Part shown: positions 25,055 through 34,453 of the stretch, piece by piece
Position numbering within the stretch: the stretch's first letter is position 1
How the letters are laid out: each line of letters opens with the position of its first letter
Assembly (NCBI GenBank): GCA_964589485.1
Contig: CAZPRK010000001.1
Coordinates: 48,369-112,368, forward strand
DNA: 64,000 nt
Direction of reading: 5' to 3'
Source of the DNA: an uncultured Methanosarcinales archaeon
GTDB taxonomy: Archaea; Nanobdellota; Nanobdellia; Woesearchaeales; CAYSVS01
Notes under the pieces: model-generated
Told to the model about the DNA's origin: nothing
The model's database searches: none
Seen by the model: the letters and a program-made list of their open reading frames with translations, nothing else
Position numbers and translations under genes: made by a program

Positions 25055-26129
25055 ACTTTACTTTTGAAATAACATAATCTAACTCTTTTTTAGTATTATA
25101 TTTACTTAAACTAAACCTTATACTACTCAATGCTTCTTTTCTAGACTTACCTATTGCTGTTAAAACTTTACTTGGTTCAATTTTTTTACTTGTACATGCA
25201 CTACCAGAACTAACTGCAATACCAAAATGATCTAAATGCATTAACAAACTTTCTGCTTCACACCCAATAAATGAAATATTAATATTATTATATAACCTAT
25301 CCAAAGGACCATTTAATTTAGTGTTTGGTATTTTTAATAATTCATTTAATAAATACTTATTTAGCTTTAAAATTTGATCTTTTTGTTGATCCAACGTAAC
25401 AGCAAGAGAAAACCCAAAAATCCCTTGAACATTTTCAGTTCCTGGACGTAACCCTTGCTCTTGATCACCTCCTGACATTAAAGGTTTAAGTTTTATTCCA
25501 TTTCGAATATATAATCCTGCAACACCTTTAGGACCATGAATTTTATGACTTGAAAAACTCAATAAATCAATATTATTTTTATTTACATTAATATCTAATT
25601 TACAAAAACTTTGAACTGCATCTACATGAAATAAAATTTTATTTTCATGACAAATTTTTCCAATTTTTTCAATATCTTGTATAGTCCCTATTTCATTATT
25701 TGCATGAATAATTGAAATTAAAGAAGTATTTTTATCTATTAATTCAAGTAGATGTTTAATATCAACATATCCTTCCTTATCTACTTTAACATATTTTATT
25801 TTTTTTCCAGAATTAATACATGAATTTAAAATAGAAGGATGTTCAATACGAGTTGTAATTATATTTTCTCCATCACTTCCAAAAATAGCTAGGTTATTTG
25901 ACTCTGTGCCAGAGGAAGTAAATATAATTTCTTTACTTTGAGCATTAATTTTTTTTGCAATTATTTCTCTAGATTGTTCTAAAACTTTTCTTGCATCTAG
26001 TCCAAAACTATGTATACTTGAAGCATTACCATATAATTGAAAAGAATTTAATTTTTTTTGTACACTTTTATCAATTTGCGTAGTAGCTGCATTATCTAAA
26101 TATATTTTCATTCGAAACACACCTTGCAA
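25029..26129 (-). CDS. iscS: Cysteine desulfurase IscS/NifS; probable start at ATG 26111
   Basis: YLDNAATT, HVDAVQ, SSHKIHGPKG and SSGSACTS motifs. Confidence 0.95.
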   Translation of the reverse strand: MQGVFRMKIYLDNAATTQIDKSVQKKLNSFQLYGNASSIHSFGLDARKVLEQSREIIAKKINAQSKEIIFTSSGTESNNLAIFGSDGENIITTRIEHPSILNSCINSGKKIKYVKVDKEGYVDIKHLLELIDKNTSLISIIHANNEIGTIQDIEKIGKICHENKILFHVDAVQSFCKLDINVNKNNIDLLSFSSHKIHGPKGVAGLYIRNGIKLKPLMSGGDQEQGLRPGTENVQGIFGFSLAVTLDQQKDQILKLNKYLLNELLKIPNTKLNGPLDRLYNNINISFIGCEAESLLMHLDHFGIAVSSGSACTSKKIEPSKVLTAIGKSRKEALSSIRFSLSKYNTKKELDYVISKVKYVVEKLRL

Positions 26130-26464
26130 TCATCTTTAATTTCCTCAACTTTTTGATGATAACAACATATTTTTCTTTCAGATTTTATATAATCACATAC
26201 TTGTTGAATTTCTTTCATTATTGAAGAATTTTCTTTAACAATTCGTTTAGCTGCATCTTCAATTTTAGATTTAACATCACTATCTAAAACTATAGCATTT
26301 GCACGTTTTGCTTTTACATATTGATTTACTGCAGCTCTTGAAATTCCTAATTTTTCAGCAATTTTAACTTGACTTAAACCTAAATCTAACATTTTCTTAC
26401 TTAATTCTGATCTAACTGCAGGTAAAATATACCAAACTTCAATTTCTTGTGGCATTAATGTCAT
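26108..26464 (-). CDS. Archaeal HTH transcriptional regulator
   Basis: PQEIEVWYILPAVR, HTH LSQVKIAEKLGISRAAVNQY and a C-terminal Cys/His cluster. Confidence 0.8.
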   Translation of the reverse strand: MTLMPQEIEVWYILPAVRSELSKKMLDLGLSQVKIAEKLGISRAAVNQYVKAKRANAIVLDSDVKSKIEDAAKRIVKENSSIMKEIQQVCDYIKSERKICCYHQKVEEIKDDCKVCFE

Positions 26465-26547
26465 TTTAAATATATATTTTGCAGAGTTATTTAAATATTA
26501 TGGGATATATCACAAAATTTAAATAAAAAACAATTTAAATATATTAT

Positions 26548-27396
26548 ATGGTTTTAGAATCATTAACTAATCCTTTTAAGGTAAAGGAAAAACCTTGGCA
26601 TTTATTCTATTATGGTTTTATAATTAGCACAATTGCATTATTTTTTTCAGTATGGATTTTCGAAAAAGAAGCTAGTTTAATCATGGTTTTTTTAACAGTT
26701 TTTGCATGTATTCCTTTTGTAATTAAAGTAATCAAAAACGAAGAAATAAAAACAATTACTATTGAAAAGGAAAGTACTATATTGAAAGAACATTGTAAGG
26801 CATTAATTGGACTCACTATTTTATTTTTAGGAATAACAATTTCATTTTCAATTTGGTATACTCTTTTACCTAAAGAAATGGTAAATAATATTTTTGCAGT
26901 TCAAATTGAAACAATAGCTAGTATAAATTCTAATTTATCCGGAAATTTTTTTAGTAATTCTAGTTTCGGAATAATTTTTATGAATAATATCAAAGTTTTA
27001 AGTTTTTGTATATTATTTTCATTTCTCTATGGAGCAGGTGCAATTTTTATTTTAACTTGGAATGCTTCTGTTATCGGTACAGCTATTGGAAGTTTTGCAA
27101 GGGATTTATTAGTAAACACTTCTACATCATTAGGATTTAATTCTATTGCGAATTATTTCAGTGCCCTTTCGTTAGGTTTATTAAGATATTTATTACATGG
27201 AATTCCAGAAATTTTTGCTTATTTCGTAGGTGGGCTCGCAGGTGGAATAATATCATATGCAATTATTAATCATAATTTTCAAACAAAAAAATTCGAAAAA
27301 GTATTATTAGATTCATCGGAATTAATAATAGCTTCAATACTATTATTAGTTTTTGCAGGATTAGTTGAAGTTTATATTACACCCGCTTTATTCTAA
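26548..27396 (+). CDS. SpoIIM-family membrane protein
   Basis: IFMNNIKV, HGIPEI and AGLVEVYITP motifs. Confidence 0.85.
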   Translation: MVLESLTNPFKVKEKPWHLFYYGFIISTIALFFSVWIFEKEASLIMVFLTVFACIPFVIKVIKNEEIKTITIEKESTILKEHCKALIGLTILFLGITISFSIWYTLLPKEMVNNIFAVQIETIASINSNLSGNFFSNSSFGIIFMNNIKVLSFCILFSFLYGAGAIFILTWNASVIGTAIGSFARDLLVNTSTSLGFNSIANYFSALSLGLLRYLLHGIPEIFAYFVGGLAGGIISYAIINHNFQTKKFEKVLLDSSELIIASILLLVFAGLVEVYITPALF

Positions 27397-27981
27397 AATT
27401 TTTATTTTACCTGGAGATATTTCGAAAATTTCTCCATTTTCTAATAATTTATTTATTAATTTTTCTTCAATTCCTTGAGAAATAAGTTCTTCAATTTTTG
27501 CCCCATCACCAGAATCTTTTTCTTTTATTATTTTAATTACATCGTCGTAATTATTTACAACAACTACATCTTCCACTATTACTTCTTCATGTATTTTTTC
27601 ATAATCTAATTTACTTAATTCTTTTTGTCTTACTTTTAACCACTCAGAATTAATTTTTTTAATTATTTCTATAGCAAAATATTTTTCTTGTTCAAATTCT
27701 CTTGGTCTTCCTATAACTTGTACAATATCCCCTACTTCAAACTCAGAGAAATTTATTACTACATCGAAACTTCTAGTTGCAATAGAAGCACTTCCATCAT
27801 CAATAACTAAATTATCTTCATTTTTAGTTACAATTGTTCCCATAACATTAGCTCTTGAAATTTTTACATTATTATCTGTTAAAATATAATTCGGTTCCCA
27901 CCCTTCTTGTTTAATATACTTACCCAAATTTAAATCTTTAATACTAACTTTTATTGCAACTTGCCTTTTTTTATCTTCCAT
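27388..27981 (-). CDS. RPA32-like OB-fold ssDNA-binding protein with C-terminal winged helix
   Basis: KRQVAIKV, RANVMGTIV, IDDGS and GEIFEISPG motifs. Downstream of mcm. Confidence 0.8.
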   Translation of the reverse strand: MEDKKRQVAIKVSIKDLNLGKYIKQEGWEPNYILTDNNVKISRANVMGTIVTKNEDNLVIDDGSASIATRSFDVVINFSEFEVGDIVQVIGRPREFEQEKYFAIEIIKKINSEWLKVRQKELSKLDYEKIHEEVIVEDVVVVNNYDDVIKIIKEKDSGDGAKIEELISQGIEEKLINKLLENGEIFEISPGKIKILE

Positions 27982-27983
27982 AA

Positions 27984-30900
27984 TTATAACCTCTGTATTA
28001 AACCTCTTCTTGGTTCAAAAATATCACCACCTCTTTTTAGCTTGTCTACAATTTCTTCTACTTCATTTTCATTTAATCCCTTTTCTTTTGCAGAATTAAC
28101 AATTTCTTCAAGCGGAATAGCTTTTCCATATTGATTTTCTAATTCATTAAGAATTTCTTTTATAATTGAAATTTTATTTCTTGCACTAGATGTAATCCCT
28201 GAAGTAATTCTATCAATATCTATTTTACCAGTATCTGGATCTAATCCAACTTCAGTTAAACAAAAATTCAATAAATCAATTGATTTTTTTGTATCTTCTT
28301 TTAAAACTTCATCGCCTAACCTTAATTTACAAGCAGCTTCAGCCAACCTTATAATTGCTTCAAGCTGTCTTGTTGTAATAGGAACAGCTTTAACTCCTGC
28401 TTCTTCTGAAGAAGAACTATTTCTCATTTGAACATAATATTTTTGAATATCTTCAATTGCTTCATCGGATAATGTAGGAGAAACAAATCTTCTAGCATAT
28501 GCTATATATTTTCTTAATATATCAGTACTTATTTCTGTTTCATCAACATCTGGCGTTTTATGTGATTCTAAAATAAAAGAAGCCATTTTTGCATCTTTTT
28601 TTTCATCTGGAAGATCTTTAATTGGAAATATTAAATCAAATCTTGAAATTAAAGCAGGAGGTAAATTAATTTGTTTTCCTATTATGTCATAAGGGTCAAA
28701 CCTTCCAAATTTCGGATTAGCTGCAGCTAATACTGTTGTTTCACATCTTAATGTTGCTTGTATATTTGCTTTAGAAATTGTAATAGTTTGTCCTTCAAGT
28801 GCTTCATGCATTGCACTTCTATCTTCAGGTGACATTTTATCTAATTCATCTATACATACTAATCCTTTATTAGCTAAAACTAAAGCTCCTGCTTCCAAAC
28901 TCCATCCTCCCAAAAATTCATCCTTAACTACAGCTGCAGTTAATCCTGCACCTGATGCACCCTTTCCACTAACAAATCTTGCTTTAGTTGATATTTTTGA
29001 AGCTCGTTTAAGTAACTGAGAATTGTGTACAACAACTCCATTTGCAATATAATTATGGGTTGATTCTATTTCTAAGTCATAAACAAAATCATCACATAAT
29101 TCTTCTTTAATACTTAAAATTTCATCCCAAAAAACATCAGCATGGGATATTTGATTTAATTTTTTAACATCATTTAAATCTATATTTGATAAATATTGAG
29201 ATATTTTTTTTGTAATACTTACACTAGGTAATCTATTATTTTGTTCATAATGAGCATATGAACTTCTTATAATACCCATTTCCGATTGTTTAAGCTTTAA
29301 ATCAATTCTTATTTTTTTTAATAAATCATTTATATTAGGTATCAAATCTATATTAGTATTATATAATTTTGTATTTTGTATTAATAAATTAATTTCATTT
29401 TTTTTCCTTTTAGACAAAAACCCAATTTTATTGATAAAAGGTTTAACAAATTCTCCACCAATAATAATTTCATAACTTTTTACTTTTCTTTTATTAACTG
29501 TATTTGTAGCAAATTTAATTTTTTCTTTAAATAAACTTATTACACCAAACCTAAGTAAACATAACTGGATATTTTCTGCTAAATTTTTACTAATAGATGA
29601 AAATTCAATTTGTCTCTTTTTTACATTAATATTAGCATCACACTCAAACAAAGCAGAAATAAAATTACTTAATATTTCATCAGAAGATTTCAAGATTAAA
29701 TTAGGTATACTTTTATTTAAAGATCCTTCCATAAGTTCTTTAAAATTTAAATTTAAATAATCTACTAAATTTTTAGATAAAGTATAAATTTCTTTAGTTT
29801 TATTTAATCCATCTCTTTCAGTAACGTTTACATCAAATAAAGATTTTATTAACTTTGAAAAATCATTTAAAACGCAATTATCTTCATTAGTTAAACTAAC
29901 CCATGCGCTAGTTTTTGAATATGCAACATATCCATCTCCACATAAATAGCCTAATAATCTAGATAAATCCAATGATACAAATTCAGGATATTTTAATTTC
30001 TTAGAATTTTTTGCATATTTTGGAATAAAATTACTAATAGTTTGAATTTCATTTTTAATTTTTACACTTCTAGGTGCAGCTATCCGTTCTCCAACCTTAA
30101 AACTTTGAGCATCCTTTGCAATAATTAAACCATTATGTACTTGAAATAAAGGATGGTTTTTAGTGAGTTTTAAAGTTACACCTCTTCTTGTTTTTATCAC
30201 TAATAGTTTTTCATTAATTTTTCTCTTCCAAACTCTAACTCCTTTTCCATTTTTAATTTTACCATCAAAAAATAAACTAGGAAGAGTTAAACTTTCTATT
30301 TCAACATTATCATTAATAATATTATATTCATCAACTAAATCTTTTATTCTTTTTATTTCTCCATTTGATAATAGAATTTTTGTATCTCCATGTAAACATT
30401 TTCCCGCACCAGGGTCCCCTATTAATAATATATGTATATCTCCTCTTGTTGAAGCTCCATCGGTTCTAATTTTTTTTACTCCCCCAATTAAAGAATATAA
30501 TATAGCTTCTTTTATTTTATCATATCCATAAATACTAGGTGCACAAGCTTCAACCATTTTTAAATATATTTTAGGATCTTTCGCCAAAGTTTTTATTGCA
30601 TCAATATCTTCTTTACTAATTTGTATCTCACTATAATCTTCTTCCACAGGATCTATATGATTTGCTTCAATAATTAAATCAAATCTTGTACTTTGTCCAC
30701 CAGATCTCATTATAATTGGAACTTCTTTCACAAACCCAGTAACTTTAATTTTAGTTCCAGGGTTAGTTCTTTTATCAGAAATTGGACTTACTAAATCTTC
30801 TTTAAGTAAAAGATTCATTCTTTTAGGTTGTTCTCCTCCTTCTAAATCATCTGTATTTTCTTCTAAAACAATTCCTTGCGCATCAATTAATTCTTTATTT

Positions 30901-31382
30901 AGTAATCTAAATTTCCCTTTCCTACCACATCCACATTTACTTGGTTCCTTAAATTTTTGATCTAATTGTAAAACATTCAATACATTACCACAAACAGGAC
31001 ATTCAAACTTAGCAGAAGTAACTTGTGGACGTACATCTGATTTTTGCCTAACTACTCCATCAAGAGAAATAAACTTACCAATATGAGCGCTCCTTATTTC
31101 TCTAATTAAAATATCTTGACTATCTGGTAAATTCTTAAAACGAATTCTAAAATTAACAGTTTCTTGAGGTGTATCAAACTGTTCAACTGCTATTTCAGCA
31201 GCTTTAATAGACTCTTCTGGAGTTTCAAGTAACTCGTTAGCTATTTCTATATCAAATTTAGATAAATCTAAAAAATCAATTACAAAGTAATTATTTCCCT
31301 TTCTAATTGATTCCATTAAATCAGTATTACAATTAGTTTCCAAATACTCTTGAAACTTCTTAATCTGCTCTGCAGCGTCCAT
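27984..31382 (-). CDS. mcm: MCM replicative helicase containing one intein
   Basis: Zn finger, GDPGAGK|SQLL Walker A, CIDELDKM Walker B and SRFD arginine finger. Confidence 0.97.
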   Translation of the reverse strand: MDAAEQIKKFQEYLETNCNTDLMESIRKGNNYFVIDFLDLSKFDIEIANELLETPEESIKAAEIAVEQFDTPQETVNFRIRFKNLPDSQDILIREIRSAHIGKFISLDGVVRQKSDVRPQVTSAKFECPVCGNVLNVLQLDQKFKEPSKCGCGRKGKFRLLNKELIDAQGIVLEENTDDLEGGEQPKRMNLLLKEDLVSPISDKRTNPGTKIKVTGFVKEVPIIMRSGGQSTRFDLIIEANHIDPVEEDYSEIQISKEDIDAIKTLAKDPKIYLKMVEACAPSIYGYDKIKEAILYSLIGGVKKIRTDGASTRGDIHILLIGDPGAGKCLHGDTKILLSNGEIKRIKDLVDEYNIINDNVEIESLTLPSLFFDGKIKNGKGVRVWKRKINEKLLVIKTRRGVTLKLTKNHPLFQVHNGLIIAKDAQSFKVGERIAAPRSVKIKNEIQTISNFIPKYAKNSKKLKYPEFVSLDLSRLLGYLCGDGYVAYSKTSAWVSLTNEDNCVLNDFSKLIKSLFDVNVTERDGLNKTKEIYTLSKNLVDYLNLNFKELMEGSLNKSIPNLILKSSDEILSNFISALFECDANINVKKRQIEFSSISKNLAENIQLCLLRFGVISLFKEKIKFATNTVNKRKVKSYEIIIGGEFVKPFINKIGFLSKRKKNEINLLIQNTKLYNTNIDLIPNINDLLKKIRIDLKLKQSEMGIIRSSYAHYEQNNRLPSVSITKKISQYLSNIDLNDVKKLNQISHADVFWDEILSIKEELCDDFVYDLEIESTHNYIANGVVVHNSQLLKRASKISTKARFVSGKGASGAGLTAAVVKDEFLGGWSLEAGALVLANKGLVCIDELDKMSPEDRSAMHEALEGQTITISKANIQATLRCETTVLAAANPKFGRFDPYDIIGKQINLPPALISRFDLIFPIKDLPDEKKDAKMASFILESHKTPDVDETEISTDILRKYIAYARRFVSPTLSDEAIEDIQKYYVQMRNSSSSEEAGVKAVPITTRQLEAIIRLAEAACKLRLGDEVLKEDTKKSIDLLNFCLTEVGLDPDTGKIDIDRITSGITSSARNKISIIKEILNELENQYGKAIPLEEIVNSAKEKGLNENEVEEIVDKLKRGGDIFEPRRGLIQRL
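29022..30398 (-). mobile_element. Intein (459 aa) with LAGLIDADG homing endonuclease and HTH insert, in the MCM Walker A motif
   Basis: Begins CLHGDT and ends VVHN followed by Ser. Contains LTKNHP block B, LLGYLCGDG, FISALFECDA and VYDLEIESTHNY. Confidence 0.95.
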
Positions 31383-31395
31383 TTTCTAAATAAAG

Positions 31396-31989
31396 TTACT
31401 TAACTTTTTTTAAATTAGCCACAAGCATATCTAAAGCTTTATGTACTGCGTCTACACTTTTAGTTCCAGTACAAACAACTTTTCCATTACTAAATAATAA
31501 AAATGTTGCTTTTGCTTCATTCAATTTATAGACTAAACCCGGAAATTGTTCTGGTTCATATTCAGTATTAGGTAACTTCATTGCTAAAGTGTTTAAATTT
31601 AAATCCATACCAACACTTCCACTTGCTACCATATTTTGAATTTTTACTTCAGGTTCAATTTTAATATCGACATTTATTTTTTTTAAACTTTTAATTATTT
31701 TTTTTATCGATTCATGAACTTTTTCCATTGATCTTGCCCCAGTACAAACAACTTTTCCTGAACTGAAAATCAAAGCACTTGTTTTTGGTTCTTTTATTCT
31801 AATTACTAATCCTGGAAACTGTTCAGGGTTATATTCCGTATTACTTAAAGTTGCAGCCATTTTTTCCAATGGAATATCATGTTCCAAAGAAGTACTTACA
31901 ACAATATTTACAATTTCCATACTTGTTTTTTCTTCTTTTTTAGCCATTTTAAATTTACCCCCAAATTCCTTTATAAGCTTTATAAACAC
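31396..31989 (-). CDS. tbp: TATA-binding protein; probable start at ATG 31947
   Basis: Two EY(N/E)PEQFPGLV repeats, with LIFSSGKVVCTG and LLFSNGKVVCTG. Confidence 0.97.
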   Translation of the reverse strand: MFIKLIKEFGGKFKMAKKEEKTSMEIVNIVVSTSLEHDIPLEKMAATLSNTEYNPEQFPGLVIRIKEPKTSALIFSSGKVVCTGARSMEKVHESIKKIIKSLKKINVDIKIEPEVKIQNMVASGSVGMDLNLNTLAMKLPNTEYEPEQFPGLVYKLNEAKATFLLFSNGKVVCTGTKSVDAVHKALDMLVANLKKVK

Positions 31990-32068
31990 ATTTATAAAAG
32001 ACAGTTAGTATTTAAATACTTTCATTTTTAAATGGTTTTTTCAGATAATATATATTCTTGTTCCTATA

Positions 32069-32090
32069 ACCCCTTTGTTTCTTATGGAGA
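32069..32090 (-). promoter_or_regulatory. Origin recognition box (ORB)-like element
   Basis: Minus strand reads TCTCCATAAGAAACAAAGGGGT, nearly identical to the element at 40370-40391. Confidence 0.7.
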
Positions 32091-32189
32091 AAAGAAGAAA
32101 TATGGCTTAATTTACTAAATTAAGCCCAAATTAAGTTCCATTTCATTATAAAGTTTAAAATAAGATTTGTTTTCAATATAGAAATTAAA

Positions 32190-33116
32190 TTAAAGAAAGT
32201 AAATTAAATTACTTATTTTTTTAATTTCATTTAAACCAATATTTTTTTTAAATTCAATTTCTCCATATTTATGCACTATTATTTCAGAATTATTATAATT
32301 TATAATTAAAACAATATTAGCATCTAATTTTATTTTAAATTTTTTCCTTAATTCTTTAAAATTTAAACTAGTTTTCTTTAATGGTTTTGTTTTATATGTA
32401 TTTTTAGATAAGCATTTTTCAATTTTATAATTTTCATCACTTATAATTTCACTATGATTACATTTTTTTTCTTTTTTAACCTTAATTTCCGTTATCCCAT
32501 TATTCCATATATTAATGTGAATTAAATTTTGAGAATATTCTTTATTATTCAAAAATTTTAATGCTTGGGTTATTTGAACAGAAGAAACTATTGCTATTAA
32601 AGAGTTTAAAACACCTTCATTGTCACAATTTTTATTTATATTACTTTTATATACACAATCAAAACAAATATTCGAATCAACAAAAAGAACATTTCCAATA
32701 ACCCCTGTTGCAGCTGCATGAATCCAAGAAATATTAGTTTTTTTTGAATATCTATTTATTACTCTTCTAGTTTCGAAATTATCAGTACAATCTAAAATTA
32801 AATCTGACTTAAGTATTTTTGAATTATTATCATCTAAATGTGTTGCATGTGATTTAATAGTTATATTAGAATTTATTTTTTTTAACTTTTTAATAGCCAC
32901 TTTAGCCTTTAATTCATTAATATCTTTTTCATCATAAAGAATTTGTCTTTGTAAATTATCTAACTGTACTATATCTTGATCAATTAATATTAAATTTACA
33001 CCAGCTCTTGCAAGTAAACTAGAAGCAAAAGTCCCTAATGCTCCAACTCCAACAATTGTAACTGTTTTTTTTTGTGAAGTTTTACCTAATATTGATTCTT
33101 GTCTTACATATCTCAT
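32190..33116 (-). CDS. E1-like ThiF/MoeB/UbaA adenylyltransferase
   Basis: RYVRQ, GVGALG, NLQRQILY, DCTDNF and CFDC motifs. Confidence 0.9.
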   Translation of the reverse strand: MRYVRQESILGKTSQKKTVTIVGVGALGTFASSLLARAGVNLILIDQDIVQLDNLQRQILYDEKDINELKAKVAIKKLKKINSNITIKSHATHLDDNNSKILKSDLILDCTDNFETRRVINRYSKKTNISWIHAAATGVIGNVLFVDSNICFDCVYKSNINKNCDNEGVLNSLIAIVSSVQITQALKFLNNKEYSQNLIHINIWNNGITEIKVKKEKKCNHSEIISDENYKIEKCLSKNTYKTKPLKKTSLNFKELRKKFKIKLDANIVLIINYNNSEIIVHKYGEIEFKKNIGLNEIKKISNLIYFL

Positions 33117-33214
33117 TTAAATGCCTAATTGATAAGTATTTTTAAAAGTAACCATTCCAAATCAACATAATTGAATAGATAAATTTGTATTTAGAAAACT
33201 ATTTAAACCTCCGC

Positions 33215-33240
33215 TTCTGATGGAAATTCTCGTAGGGGGT
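33215..33240 (+). promoter_or_regulatory. Degenerate ORB-like element immediately upstream of cdc6
   Basis: TTCTGATGGAAATTCTCGTAGGGGGT. The G-run may double as a ribosome-binding site. Confidence 0.45.
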
Positions 33241-33244
33241 AAAG

Positions 33245-34453
33245 ATGAGCAAAGAATTAAATAATTTTTTTGAAAAATTTCTAACAAGGCAACCATTGTT
33301 CTTAAATAAAACAGTAATACAATCAAATTATTCACCAGAAAAAATTGAACATAGAGATGATCAAATCCAAAAAATTGCAGATATTCTTGCTCCTTCGCTT
33401 AGACTTGAAAAACCTAGTAATTTATTCATTTATGGTAAAACTGGTACAGGAAAAACTCTTAGTGTAAAATATACAACTGATAAAATTTTAGAAGTTGCAG
33501 AAAAAAAAGGAACTCCAATTAAAATTTTTTATTTAAATTGTAAATTAAAAAAAGTAGCTGATACTGAATATAGATTAATTGCACAATTAGCAAGAGAATT
33601 AGGTAAAACTATCCCTGCTACAGGTTTACCAACAGATGAAGTTTATAAAATTTTTTTTGAAGCTTTAGATAAAGATAAAAAATTATTTTTAGTTATTTTA
33701 GATGAAATAGATCAATTAATTAAAAAAGCAGGAGACGAAATATTATATAATTTAACTAGAATTAATACTGAATTAAAAAATTCACAAATTGCTATAATTG
33801 GTATTTCAAACGATTTAGTATTTGCAGATTCGTTAGATCCTAGAGTTAAAAGTTCACTTTCAGAAGAAGAAATTGTTTTTCCTCCATATAATGCAATTCA
33901 AATCCAAGATATCTTAAAACAAAGAGCAAAAATAGGATTTAAAGATGGTGTTATAGAACCAGGTGTAATTGAAAAATGTGCAGCTTATGCGGCAAGGGAA
34001 CATGGAGATGCTAGAAGAGCAATTGAATTATTGAGAGTTTCTGGAGAAATAGCAGAAAGATCAGGTAAAACAATTTTAGAAATAAAAGATTTAGATGAGG
34101 CTGAAGATAAAATTGAAAGGGATAGAATTTTAGATGTAATTATTACTCAACCTAAACAACATCAAGCTACATTATATTCAATATTAGCTGTTAAAGATAA
34201 TAAAAAAAGCACAATATTTACTGGTGAAGTATATGAAGTATACAAAGAAATTTGTCAAAAAGTTAATTTACAATTTCTAACTCAAAGAAGAATATCAGAT
34301 GTTCTTGCAGAATTAGATATGTTGGGCATAATTAACGCTAAAGTTATTTCTAAAGGTCGATATGGTAGAACTAGAGAAATTTCATTATCCCTTCCTGAAG
34401 CATCAGTAAATAAAATTAAAAATTTACTTGAGGAAGGTTTAGACTTATGTTAG
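33245..34453 (+). CDS. cdc6: Orc1/Cdc6 replication initiator
   Basis: YGKTGTGKT, ILDEID, HGDARRAIELLR and the winged-helix motif SKGRYGRT. Confidence 0.97.
   Translation: MSKELNNFFEKFLTRQPLFLNKTVIQSNYSPEKIEHRDDQIQKIADILAPSLRLEKPSNLFIYGKTGTGKTLSVKYTTDKILEVAEKKGTPIKIFYLNCKLKKVADTEYRLIAQLARELGKTIPATGLPTDEVYKIFFEALDKDKKLFLVILDEIDQLIKKAGDEILYNLTRINTELKNSQIAIIGISNDLVFADSLDPRVKSSLSEEEIVFPPYNAIQIQDILKQRAKIGFKDGVIEPGVIEKCAAYAAREHGDARRAIELLRVSGEIAERSGKTILEIKDLDEAEDKIERDRILDVIITQPKQHQATLYSILAVKDNKKSTIFTGEVYEVYKEICQKVNLQFLTQRRISDVLAELDMLGIINAKVISKGRYGRTREISLSLPEASVNKIKNLLEEGLDLC

Noticed and set aside
23123..32185. Identical 16-mer TTTTCAATATAGAAAT just past the stops of ncsA (23123-23138) and the E1-like gene (32170-32185), with a similar sequence in the oriC AT tract
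   Set aside because: In such AT-rich DNA, 16-nt matches are expected by chance within 64 kb. It could be a terminator or mini-ORB, but this cannot be supported without a genome-wide motif count.
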